From Macrostomum lignano (Eukaryota), in NCBI GenBank assembly GCA_002269645.1, contig NIVC01002706.1, forward strand, positions 62,001-126,000: a DNA stretch of 64,000 nucleotides. The letters run 5' to 3'. Every line of letters starts with the position of its first letter. Position 1 is the first letter of the stretch. Shown piece by piece: positions 51,453-63,692 of this stretch. Below the pieces are notes generated by a model. That model saw only the letters and a list, made by a program, of their open reading frames with translations. It made no database searches and was not told the DNA's origin. The translations under genes and the position numbers were made by a program.

Positions 51453-52434
51453 TCCAGTCCACATTGATGCTAATAAAAGCCCTCACAAAGCCCAGTAAAT
51501 GTGAAGCGCAGAAACTGTGTTATTAGCCACACGAGTCCACCACTGCCCCCCTCCCCAGACCCGCAACAATGCGGCAGAACAATGGGGTTGAATCCCAGAG
51601 CTCAGACAAAAGCCATTGATCTTCTGTCCCATCAAACAGCTCCACAGTGTTTCACTTCAGCAGTTGAAAAAAAGTATTGCCGTGACATGAGCTGCGGCAG
51701 CATCAAATCTAGGAAATTTATGCTCCAGCTGTCAGCGAGGCCTCGGCAGCCAACTAAGACTTTTGGATGTCTTATCTCCCGAAATCCCCATCCCCAAGCT
51801 GCTCCGTCTCGTCTAGTGTCGGATTCCCGATCTGCTTGCACTTTTAGCTGCTGCCGCGAAAGCAGCTAGCTGCTGGAATACAAGAGCTAGGATGGGGTGG
51901 CTTTGGCCTCCCACCAAAACCTTCCAATGCTAGGCAGGCAGTCCCCGCTCCTAGACAGCCGTAAGACTGGCATTGTCTCAACTTGCAGCAACAGTAGCAG
52001 CAAGGAATTCTTCAGTTTAGCCTCCTCCGCATCGCGGCTCAGCCAGTTTCCCAGCCATAATTGGGAATATTTGCCTAATTGGACGGTAGGAGGGGGGGGT
52101 AAATAAGATGCAAGTGCCTGCCATTCACGCCGAAAACAATGCATTGTAGAGAGCCTTTGCTTTTAGTAAAATTTCTTCTATGCAGTTGTTGGCTTGCTAA
52201 CTCAAATTTGGGACTAGCTCTTGCTTCTTCTGTGACTTCAAGTTGTTCTCTATCGGCTGAAATATTAGTATTAATAGAACTTGCACCTTCTCTTGTCTTC
52301 AACTTAAAACTCTCTAATTAGTGACATGCAAATTGCCTACGGAGTTTGGCGATTACTGATAGCCAGGGTGCAGCATTGGAGCTTTAAAGCAATGAAGGGT
52401 TGGGGAATGGAAGTTTAGGGAATTGGAGGGTAAC

Positions 52435-52852
52435 GAAAATGGAGGCAAAGGGAAATGGAGGGTAAGGAAAATGGAGGGTAAGGGAAGTGGAGGGTAAGGG
52501 AAGTGAAGGGTAAGGGAAGTGGAGGGTAAGAGAAGTGGAGGGTAAGGGAAGTGGAGGGTAAGGGAAGTGGAGGGTAAGGGAAGTGGAGGGTAAGGGAAGT
52601 GGAGGGTAAGAGAAGTGGAGGGTAAGGGAAGTGGAGGGTAAGGGAAGTGGAGGGTAAGGGAAGTGGAGGGTAAGGGAAGTGGAGGGTAAGGGAAGTGGAG
52701 GGTAAGGGAAGTGGAGGGTAAGGGAAGTGGAGGGTAAGGGAAGTGGAGGGTAAGGGAAGTGGAGGGTAAGGGAAGTGGAGGGTAAGGGAAGTGGAGGGTA
52801 AGGGAAGTGGGGGGTAAGGGAAGTGGAGGGTAAGGGAAGTGGAGGGTAAGAG
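52435..52852. repeat. 16-bp G-rich minisatellite
   Basis: (gggaagtggagggtaa)n. Confidence 0.95.
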
Positions 52853-53345
52853 AAATGCTACAATGAGGATAATGCTTTTGTAATTTCTTTCTAAGCATTA
52901 ATTCCCAGCTCCAAGCAGCTCCCAGTTTCAATTTCAAGGCCTAGCGGCAAGCTGTTTCCACAGAACTGTTTTAGCAAACTAAAAACTGCTTCTCCATCGT
53001 CTTGGCTCTACCGGCTCTCCTTCGCCTTCCCATATCCTCAGAGAAGCAGCGGCTCCCCCTCAGAAGGAGCCCCCAGCTGATTGCTCAAATTAATTATTAA
53101 TACGTCAACAGTCAGTTCAAACTCTCGTGCTGATGGACGCTTTACGTTGAAGCCAGAAAGTTTTTTCCCTTTTTCTCTTCTTCCGCCTCGTATCCCGACC
53201 CTGCCAGACAGGGAGCTCGATGAGTTCGAGCAATCTATTTTTCGAGGCGCGGCTCTTTTTCAAGAGTTTCTTCTTCGATTTTGGATGTCAGAATTTCAGT
53301 TCATCTAACACAAGCACTTGTTTTCGGTTTCCAATGTTAGCTATA

Positions 53346-53410
53346 TGTGGCCGCCGACGGAATCGAACCCGGGGGGTCACGGCGCGTTTTACCACTGAGC
53401 CAATTTATAA
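53346..53410 (-). pseudogene. tRNA-derived relic or SINE head (Pol III A and B boxes, truncated anticodon arm)
   Basis: Minus strand reads TGGCTCAGTGGTAAAACGCGCCGTGACCCCCCGGGTTCGATTCCGTCGGCGGCCA: A box at 53402-53392 and B box GGTTCGATTCC at 53369-53359. Only 22 nt separate them, too short for a full cloverleaf. Confidence 0.55.
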
Positions 53411-53774
53411 GCGTAGAGGCATCGAAGTTGCTGGCTAGTGGCATGCTTTGTTTTGAAGGCTGAAAGCCTACTATTTGGTGAAACTGGGGATTCAAATAAT
53501 TTTTTTCACTAATGTAAAGAGCTCACAGGGCTCCTCAGGCAGATGTTCTGCTTGGTCGCTGATCAGTTTATCAGTTTATACTCCATACCAATATAACAGC
53601 AATTTGAGGAAAACTCGGCCTCAGGGAGTTTTTCCAACCAGTTTTTAGTTGCTACTTGCTCCCGGGGGGACTCCGTGTGCACTTGCTGCACGCTGCAAAA
53701 CAATTAGCATTGCCAAGAATTTTGCGTAGCAAATGGAAAAATAAATTCTCAACTGACTCTTCTTGAATCCCAGA

Positions 53775-54958
53775 TGTCTCGAGCACAGTCTATGAGAGTC
53801 TGTCCTCATCATTCCTAGGCGTCTCAAGCACAGTCTATGAGACTCTTCCCTCATCATACCCAGCCGTCTCAAGCACAGTCTATGAGACTCTTCCCTCATC
53901 ATACCCAGCCGCCTCAAGCACAGTCTATGAGAGTCTGCCCATATCATACCCAGCCGCCTCAAGCACAGTCTATGAGAGTCTGCCCATATCATACCCAGCC
54001 GCCTCAAGCACAGTCTATGAGAGTCTGCCCATATCATACCCAGCCGTCTCAAGCACAGTCTATGAGACTCTTCCCTCATCATACCCAGCCACCTCAAGCA
54101 CAGTATATGAGAGTCTGTTCTCATCATACCCAGCCGTCTCAATCACAGTCTATGAGAGTCTGCCCATATCATACCCAGCCGTCTCAAGCACAGTCTATGA
54201 GAGTCTGCCCATATCATACCCAGCCGTCTCAAGCACAGTCTATGAGAGTCTGCCCATATCATACCCAGCCGTCTCAATCACAGTCTATGAGAGTCTGCCC
54301 ATATCATACCCAGCCGTCTCAAGCACAGTCTATGAGAGTCTGCCCATATCATACCCAGCCGCCTCAAGCACAGTATATGAGAGTCTGTTCTCATAATACC
54401 CAGCCGTCTCAAGCACAGCCTATGAGACTCTTCCCTCATCATACCCAGCCGTCTCAAGCACAGCCTATGAGAGTCCGCCCTCATCATACCCAGCCGTCTC
54501 AATCACAGTCTATGAGAGTCTGTTCTCATCATACCCAGCCGTCTCAAGCACAGCCTATGAGAGTCCGCCCTCATCATACCCAGCCGTCTCAATCACAGCC
54601 TATGAGAGTCTGTCCTCATCATTCCTAGGCGTCTCAAGCACAGTCTATGAGACTCTTCCCTCATCATACCCAGCCGCCTCAAGCACAGTCTATGAGAGTC
54701 TGTTCTCATCATACCCAGCCGCCTCAAGCACAGCCTATGAGAGTCCGCCCTCATCATACCCAGCCGCCTCAAGCACAGCCTATGAGAGTCCGCCCTCATC
54801 ATACCCAGCCGCCTCAAGCACAGCCTATGAGAGTCCGCCCTCATCATACCCAGCCGCCTCAAGCACAGCCTATGAGAGTCCGCCCTCATCATACCCAGCC
54901 GCCTCAAGCACAGCCTATGAGAGTCCGCCCTCATCATACCCAGCCGTCTCAAGCACTT
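53775..54958. repeat. 45-bp minisatellite ending about 95 bp upstream of the GPCR ATG
   Basis: (ctcaagcacagtctatgagagtctgcccatatcatacccagccgt)n, about 26 copies. Confidence 0.95.
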
Positions 54959-55051
54959 CAAGAGACGCCTGTCCACTTCAAGTATCTCAAGCAGGCTGAA
55001 CCAAGCGAAATCCTAAAATAAACCGGATCCCACACTCGCACAGGAATCGCA

Positions 55052-55320
55052 ATGAATGCTGAAAACGCTTCAAGCAACAGCAGCAGAATTTCCTGCCCAA
55101 AGTTCGATTGGTTCGCTGTCGACGTTGAGCACCCGGCCTACCTGTGCCAGCTGGGCACCATCACGATCGGCCTGGTGCTGAACGGGCTCACTATGGGAGT
55201 TTTCTCTGTTGGCAAGGAGTTCAAAGGAGCTCCGTTTGTGTTCATGTGGGCGCTGGCCCTGTCCGACATCTGCAATCTGGTGGTCAAGTGGCCCGAGTGC
55301 TTTGTCATGGCCATGAGAGA
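55052..55320 (+). CDS. GPCR exon 1 (N-terminus, TM1-TM2)
   Basis: MNAENASSNSS...LALSDICNLVVKWPECFVMAMR; donor gtgagt at 55321. Confidence 0.9.
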
Positions 55321-58300
55321 GTGAGTGGCTGCTCTTTGCTTCTTGTTGCGCCTAGGAGCGTTTATTAGAAGGGTCGTTACTCTCAGCGATAGATAGAGTG
55401 AACTGTCTACCCAGACACTGTACCCCATAGACACTGTACCCCATAGACACTGTACCCCATAGACACTGTACCCCATAGACACTGTACCCCATAGACACTG
55501 TACCCCATAGACACTGTACCCCATAGACACTGTACCCCATAGACACTGTACCCCATAGACACTGTACCCCATAGACACTGTACCCCATAGACACTGTACC
55601 CCATAGACACTGTACCCCATAGACACTGTACCCCATAGACACTGTACCCCATAGACACTGTACCCCATAGACACTGTACCCCATAGACACTGTACCCCAT
55701 AGACACTGTACCCCATAGACACTGTACCCCATAGACACTGTACCCCATAGACACTGTACCCCATAGACACTGTACCCCATAGACACTGTACCCCATAGAC
55801 ACTGTACCCCATAGACACTGTACCCCATAGACACTGTACCCCATAGACACTGTACCCCATAGACACTGTACCCCATAGACACTGTACCCCATAGACACTG
55901 TACCCCATAGACACTGTACCCCATAGACACTGTACCCCATAGACACTGTACCCCATAGACACTGTACCCCATAGACACTGTACCCCATAGACACTGTACC
56001 CCATAGACACTGTACCCCATAGACACTGTACCCCATAGACACTGTACCCCATAGACACTGTACACCATAGACACTGTACCCCATAGACACTGTACCCCAT
56101 AGACACTGTACACCATAGACACTGTACCCCATAGAAACTGTACCCCATAGACACTGTACCCCATAGACACTGTACCCCATAGACACTGTACCCCATAGAC
56201 ACTGTACCCCATAGACACTGTACCCCATAGACACTGTACCCCATAGACACTGTACCCCATAGACACTGTACCCCATAGACACTGTACCCCATAGACACTG
56301 TACCCCATAGACACTGTACCCCATAGACACTGTACCCCATAGACACTGTACCCCATAGACACTGTACCCCATAGACACTGTACCCCATAGACACTGTACC
56401 CCATAGACACTGTACCCCATAGACACTGTACCCCATAGACACTGTACCCCATAGACACTGTACCCCATAGACACTGTACCCCATAGACACTGTACCCCAT
56501 AGACACTGTACCCCATAGACACTGTACCCCATAGACACTGTACCCCATAGACACTGTACCCCATAGACACTGTACCCCATAGACACTGTACCCCATAGAC
56601 ACTGTACCCCATAGACACTGTACCCCATAGACACTGTACCCCATAGACACTGTACCCCATAGACACTGTACCCCATAGACACTGTACCCCATAGACACTG
56701 TACCCCATAGAAACTGTACCCCATAGACACTGTACCCCATAGACACTGTACCCCATAGAAACTGTACCCCATAGACACTGTACCCCATAGACACTGTACC
56801 CCATAGAAACTGTACCCCATAGACACTGTACCCCATAGACACTGTACCCCATAGACACTGTACCCCATAGACACTGTACCCCATAGACACTGTACCCCAT
56901 AGACACTGTACCCCATAGACACTGTACCCCATAGACACTGTACCCCATAGACACTGTACCCCATAGACACTGTACCCCATAGACACTGTACCCCATAGAC
57001 ACTGTACCCCATAGACACTGTACCCCATAGACACTGTACCCCATAGACACTGTACCCCATAGACACTGTACCCCATAGACACTGTACCCCATAGACACTG
57101 TACCCCATAGACACTGTACCCCATAGACACTGTACCCCATAGACACTGTACCCCATAGACACTGTACCCCATAGACACTGTACCCCATAGACACTGTACC
57201 CCATAGACACTGTACCCCATAGACACTGTACCCCATAGACACTGTACCCCATAGACACTGTACCCCATAGACACTGTACCCCAAAGACACTGTACCCCAT
57301 AGACACTGTACCCCATAGACACTGTACCCCATAGACACTGTACCCCATAGACACTGTACCCCATAGACACTGTACCCCATAGACACTGTACACCATAGAC
57401 ACTGTACCCCATAGACACTGTACCCCATAGACACTGTACACCATAGACACTGTACCCCATAGACACTGTACCCCATAGACACTGTACCCCATACACACTG
57501 TACCCCATAGACACTGTACCCCATAGACACTGTACCCCATAGACACTGTACCCCATAGACACTGTACCCCAAAGACACTGTACCCCATAGACACTGTACC
57601 CCATAGACACTGTACCCCATAGACACTGTACACCATAGACACTGTACCCCATAGACACTGTACCCCATAGACACTGTACCCCATACACAGTGTACCCCAT
57701 AGACACTGTACCCCATAGACACTGTACCCCATACACAGTGTACCCCATAGACACTGTACCCCATAGACACTGTACCCCATAGACACTGTACCCCATAGAC
57801 ACTGTACCCCATAGACACTGTACCCCATAGACACTGTACCCCATAGACACTGTACCCCATAGACACTGTACCCCATAGACACTGTACACCATAGACACTG
57901 TACCCCATAGACACTGTACCCCATAGACACTGTACCCCATAGACACTGTACACCATAGACACTGTACCCCATAGACACTGTACCCCATAGACACTGTACA
58001 CCATAGACACTGTACCCCATAGACACTGTACCCCATAGACACACTGTACCCCATAGACACTGTACACCATAGACACTGTACCCCATAGACACTGTACCCC
58101 ATAGACACTGTACCCCATAGACACTGTACCCCATAGACACTGTACCCCATAGACACTGTACACCATAGACACTGTACCCCATAGACACTGTTACAAAGCA
58201 AAGGCTTTCGTCATACAATATCATGAATAGCTGTATGTAGGCAGAATTAACTAGCGGTCATTAGTTAGGCCTCACCAACAGACTATATTGATCTTTCCGC

Positions 58301-60482
58301 ATCTCAATAAGCTTGCACTCTAAGCAGCAAAGCTTCAGTTTTCTTTCTACTTGCCACCTCAACAAGGGCCAGGGAGGCCGGGGGAATTAGGAAGATCGGC
58401 AGAGCGGGATCAATAGCTAATCCGTGTCCCGCCTCATCACCGGAATCTTCTCCAGAGAAGCTGGGAAAAGACCAATAAAAGACAGTGGCCAGTGGTCTCC
58501 TTCAAAAGCCCAGGATAGAAGGTGGTCTTGGGATCGATTCGGAGGGCCAGCCCAGCTCGACCCCACTCCAAGTTTGAGACCATTTTATTTATTTGTTTTT
58601 CCTCTCAGCATCCAGTTTCCCAGGCCGAATGTTTGCCTGCTCGACCCTCTCCGCCTTTGCCTCCCTTTTAGTGAGGGACCAAACGAGGAGGAGAGGCGGT
58701 GACGCTGCAAGGGCGGGGGCGGGACGCGGGCCAGCTGCTGGTTCAGCGAAATCCCGGACAAAATCAATGGGAGCCTCTGAGTTGGGCGTCGAGTTTAATT
58801 AATTTATGGAATCGCCGAGTCGGCCAGCCCGTACCAATTGAAGCGCTGGGACAGTTGTCATGTCCTCGGGGGCTTTTTTGTCAGCACAGATTTTACGAGA
58901 CTTTTACAGATTTTTCAGCGCCAGTGGCTTCTGAAGGGGGGGGGGGGTTGGTTATAATAAATAGAGGAGCATTAATATTAATCAGCTTCGCTTATTATTA
59001 TTATTTCGGCAGTGAGCGAGTGAGTAAGCGAGAAAGAGATGAGGGCGGAGAGTGACAGCTAACTGCCAACCAGCCTCCCGTGGGAATAGCATAGGAACAG
59101 CCTTTGGCTGCACAGAGAGGAGTTGATGCGGGAGGGAAATTTCTGCCTAATTTTCTACCAGAGAAAAGTGCTGGAAAATAAAAAATATGATATCATTCAT
59201 GCCCATTTTTATTGCCTGTTTTTCTGTATTTCGGTCAAGCAGCAAGTAGTGCATCGAAATATCTGTGCATCTCATGCTGTACTTCAGCTCTCTCAGCTAT
59301 TTCAGCTACCAGTTTCCTCCTCGAGTCAGTACAATAGACTCCCCCGACTGTCTCAGCCTTCTTTGGCGCACGCCATTTATCACTGGGCTTCTAATTCACG
59401 GTTAAATTTCCTGCTTCATCAGCTTGGTTGCTAGGATTTCAATAAGCCAAATCCCCGTCGCGCACAGGAAACCCAAAGGCTGGAAGCCTCTAAAGGACAC
59501 CAAGCTCTACATGTACTACATGTGGTCCAACTACCTGAACCCCATCGGCAACATCACCGAGAACATCAGCGTCTGGCTCATAGTCTGCCTAGCCCTGGAG
59601 CGCTACATCTCCATGAAGCACTACAACATATCCAAGACTTGGTGCACGTCGAGAAATGCCATACGGGTGACGCTGGGCATCCTCGGCATCGCCTGCCTCA
59701 TCAATCTGTTCTCATTCTTCGGCATGCGCGCCTACTACGGACACGACGGCAACGAGACGTTCGTTGGCGGCAGAGCGTCCTATTTCTACAGCACAGTCTG
59801 GTACGAGATCTGCATCTGGCTGCGCGCCTGCGCCGCCCAGTTCCTGCCGCTGGTGTTCCTGGCCGTCGCCAACTGCCGTTTGATCTTCGCTCTGCGCCGC
59901 CAGTCGCGCAAGATGAAGAAGTACTCGCAGCCGCAGCCGCCCGCGCCGCCGCCGCAGCAGCAGCAGGTCGTGTCGCCTCTGAAACGGTCGAGCGTCAACT
60001 CGCGACGGCACGCTGCGCAGCGCCGCCTCACCATCATGCTGGTGATGGTCATCGGCCTGGTGCTGTTCGGCCAGATACCGCAGGCCTTCTCCTTTCACAA
60101 GCTGTTCAGCATCATCTTCCGCTGCCCGCCGGGCTGCCCGCTGGACCGGTGCCTCACCTACCGCAAGTACAAACTGCTGGCCAACGCGCCCAACCTGCTG
60201 TGCTACAGCTGCAACTTCTTCATTTATTTCGGCCTGAACAAGCACTTCCGCAGTCACGTGATCCGAATGTTCACCTGCCGCTGCTGCTGCTGCCATGCGG
60301 ACGGCTCCGGCCAGGCACACAACACCAACAATGGGCTCTACACCACCATGCAGCCCGACGGGACAGTCGCCGCCATCGCTGTCAACGGTGCCCACGAAGA
60401 AGCCGAACTGGCAGACGACGAACTTGGGCACCAGATGCCGCTGTTGAAGCCGCCGCAGACGCCACAAGCAGTGCCGTCCTGA
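55052..60482 (+). CDS. Class A (rhodopsin-type) peptide GPCR, FMRFamide-receptor-like group; join(55052..55320,59468..60482), 427 aa
   Basis: N-terminal sequons NAS and NSS. TM1 GLVLNGL, TM2 LALSD, TM3 ALERY, TM5 FLPLVFLAVAN, TM6 FGQIP, TM7 NFFIY, C-tail CRCCCC. Phase-2 intron GA|gtgagt ... cgcacag|G restores the frame (1284 nt). Confidence 0.92.
55405..58190. repeat. 16-bp minisatellite in the GPCR intron
   Basis: (agacactgtaccccat)n, about 174 copies. Confidence 0.97.
59468..60482 (+). CDS. GPCR exon 2 (TM3-TM7, C-tail)
   Basis: Acceptor at 59466-59467; GC3-rich ORF with ERY and NFFIY ending TGA at 60480-60482. Confidence 0.93.
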
Positions 60483-61204
60483 GTTCGAATTTTATTTTTA
60501 AAAGTAGCAACAGACTGGGGAAAAGCGCTTTCGCATTCCCAGGAAATGAAGAGAAACATACCTTATACCAAACAATCAACTAAATGTACAGAGTGTTGTA
60601 GCCTGTTCAGTGTGGAGTTTGGATGAGCGAATATTTCTATTTTTTCATCAATTCTTCATGGCTACTTTCTACTCAGCCGTCATAGTCTAAGGACTATGGC
60701 TACTCAATGTACTCTGTGAAACCTGTGATCCCGTGACCCAGTTAATCTGTCCATTGCTGCTGATGCTGCTGCAGCTTCGCAATGAAAAATATTGATTTTA
60801 TAAATTTATTCATCTTGTTGGTCATTTGTCTCGGTAGTACAAATCCGGCCCAAGTTCTCTGACAGTGATGAATTCGATGCAATGCTTTGCGTTATATGCT
60901 TATTTTAGGACATTGGACTTAAAAATGCTACCCTCTAATATTTGCACCCTACTCAGCATTGCCTCACCAAATCTGTGTGGTTGCGTGTTTATAATCTTAA
61001 TCGTTTGCGTACAACTTTGGCACATGTTTAATCCGAATTTAATAGCAATGACTACAACTATATTTATATTCACGTGTATTGCAGTCTGCATCAGTGCGCA
61101 CATAAGCATTTCTCACCCCCTTCAAATATCAAACTCTCATACTTGTGTATCCCTTTCCGTTGTCCTTTATCTGTACCTCCCGGACTACATGTCTGTCTGT
61201 CAGT

Positions 61205-62060
61205 CTGTATCTCCCTCCGTATCCCCTGTGTCTCCCCTCTCTGTGTCTCCCCTCTCTGCATCCCCCCTTCCTGTGTCTCCCCTCTCTGTGCCCCCCTTCC
61301 TGTGTCTCCCCTCTCTGTGTCTCCCCTCTCTGTGTCTCCCCTCTCTGTGTCTCCCCTCTCTGTGTCTCCCATCTCTGTGTCTCCCCTCTCTGTGTCTCCC
61401 CTCTCTGTGTCTCCCCTTCCTGTGTCTCCCCTCTCTGTGTCTCCCATCTCTGTGTCTCCCCTTCCTGTGTCTCCCCTCTCTGTGTCTCCCATCTCTGTGT
61501 CTCCCCTCTCTGTGTCTCCCCTCTCTGTGTCTCCCCTCTCTGCGTCTCCCATCTCTGTGTCTCCCATCTCTGTGTCTCCCCTTCCTGTGTCTCCCCTCTC
61601 TGTGTCTCCCCTCTCTGTGTCTCCCCTCTCTGCATCCCCCCTTCCTGTGTCTCCCCTCTCTGTGCCCCCCTTCCTGTGTCTCCCCTCTCTGTGTCTCCCC
61701 TCTCTGTGTCTCCCCTCTCTGTGTCTCCCCTCTCTGTGTCTCCATCTCTGTGTCTCCATCTCTGTGTCTCCCCTCTCTGTGTCTCCCCTCTCTGTGTCTC
61801 CCCTCTCTGTGTCTCCCATCTCTGTGTCTCCCATCTCTGTGTCTCCCCTTCCTGTGTCTCCCCTCTCTGTGTCTCCCATCTCTGTGTCTCCCCTCTCTGT
61901 GTCTCCCCTCTCTGTGTCTCCCCTCTCTGTGTCTCCCCTCTCTGTGTCTCCCCTCTCTGTGTCTCCCCTCTCTGTGTCTCCCCTCTCTGTGTCTCCCCTC
62001 TCTGTGTCTCCCCTCTCTGTGTCTCCCCTCTCTGTGTCTCCCCTTTCTATGTCTCTCTAT
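61205..62060. repeat. 15-bp pyrimidine-rich minisatellite
   Basis: (tctctgtgtctcccc)n. Confidence 0.95.
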
Positions 62061-62729
62061 GTACCCCCCTATCGTTTTTGTACTAAACTTTATACTTCAA
62101 AAGTGTTCATTTGTTAAAAAAATTATGTCAGTTTGACTGATTCTTAACACCTCTCCCTGTCTATATCTGTCTCTCCTGTCAGCAAAGCAAATACTTCAGT
62201 CTGTTATTGCAAGAACATCTTGCTAAGATTTTATTTTTGTTCAGCTTGCACATAAGTTGGTCTTTTAAATTAGCTAAATATACAATATTATAAACAAAAG
62301 TCACGTCTTTAAATACGCTCGTAACAGACGCATTATTCTAACGCAGTAATGCCTTTTCTTATATTGCTTTTGATAAAATATTATCGGCAAAGTCTCCAGG
62401 TTACGCCCGGTCAAGCCATGCAGGCGGCTAAGATACTCGTATTACTGCCCCTGCCTTCAACAATGTAAAATAGGCATAAAATATATTGGACGACCGACCA
62501 ATGCCGAATGCTTCCGTTTATTAAACAGCAGCATGCTGCCTCCCACTGCGATTGCTGCACTCTCTGACTGGGACCAGCTATCGGAGCAAGCATTATATGA
62601 TATGAATTGCGTTTGGAGTGGGCAAAAGTCCACTGCTGCTTGACCGCATTTATTGCTCTAAGAGATAGTCTACGTCTTAGTCTTAATGCTCTTAATACTC
62701 TTAATACCAAATAGTCTTAATACCCCTAA

Positions 62730-63162
62730 TACTGTACCCCATAGACACTGTACCCCATAGACACTGTACCTCATAGACACTGTACCCCATAGACACTGTA
62801 CCCCATAGACACTGTACCCCATAGACACTGTACCCCATAGAAACTGTACCCCATAGACACTGTACCCCATAGACACTGTGCCTCATAGACACTGTACCCC
62901 ATAGACACTGTACCCCATAGACACTGTACCCCATAGACACTGTACCCCATAGACACTGTACCCCATAGACACTGTACCCCATAGACACTGTACCCCATAG
63001 ACACTGTACCCCATAGACACTGTACCCCATAGACACTGTACCCCATAGACACTGTACCCCATAGACACTGTACACCATAGACACTGTACCCCATAGACAC
63101 TGTAACCCGTAGACACTGTACCCCATAGACACTGTACCCCAGAGACGCTGTACCCCATAGAC
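62730..63162 (+). repeat. 16-bp minisatellite, same family and orientation as the GPCR intron array
   Basis: (agacactgtaccccat)n. Confidence 0.95.
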
Positions 63163-63692
63163 CTGGAAGCCAAAGCAGACTTTCAGGAGTTTGTAAAAAT
63201 TTAAAAAAAAAATTCTGACTTAAGAAGTTAAGGAAGCAAAAAATGATTTAGAAAACCTTTTACGGGCGGGGTTACAGTAACATGACAGCATGTCGCTGCA
63301 CGCTGTCGAGTCAAAAGACCTTGCGCTTTCAGAAGTCAGCATGTCTGATCAGGTGTCAAATTTATAAAAGCGAATTTAAGCATTCACACGATGTCCGTGA
63401 AATGCAGAAAAATTGCTTGGATTCTAGGAACTTCCTTATATAGAAAAGTTTCCCTGTTAGAAATCCTGTGGCCTGCCGGGAGTCCTGTTCCAAACTTTTC
63501 TGCCTCCGCTTGAAGCCCGACGTGATTCTCAGCAGGAAATCGAAACCGAGCAAAACCATTTTGTTGTTAAGGAAAACTCGAGCATCTGTGGGAGGTGACA
63601 TTTCTTCTCAACTTTTTTTCGATTTTTCAAACACGGTTTCCAGTTTGAGCGTGTCACTGTGCCTGCGAAGGGGTAGATGAGATGGTAGCTCG

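Noticed and set aside
59522-60583. Overlapping alternative-frame and antisense ORFs over GPCR exon 2
   Set aside because: They are shadow ORFs caused by strong GC3 codon bias.
63425-63453. TAGGAACTTC resembling half of an FRT site
   Set aside because: Only a 10-bp match with no proper second arm; expected by chance.
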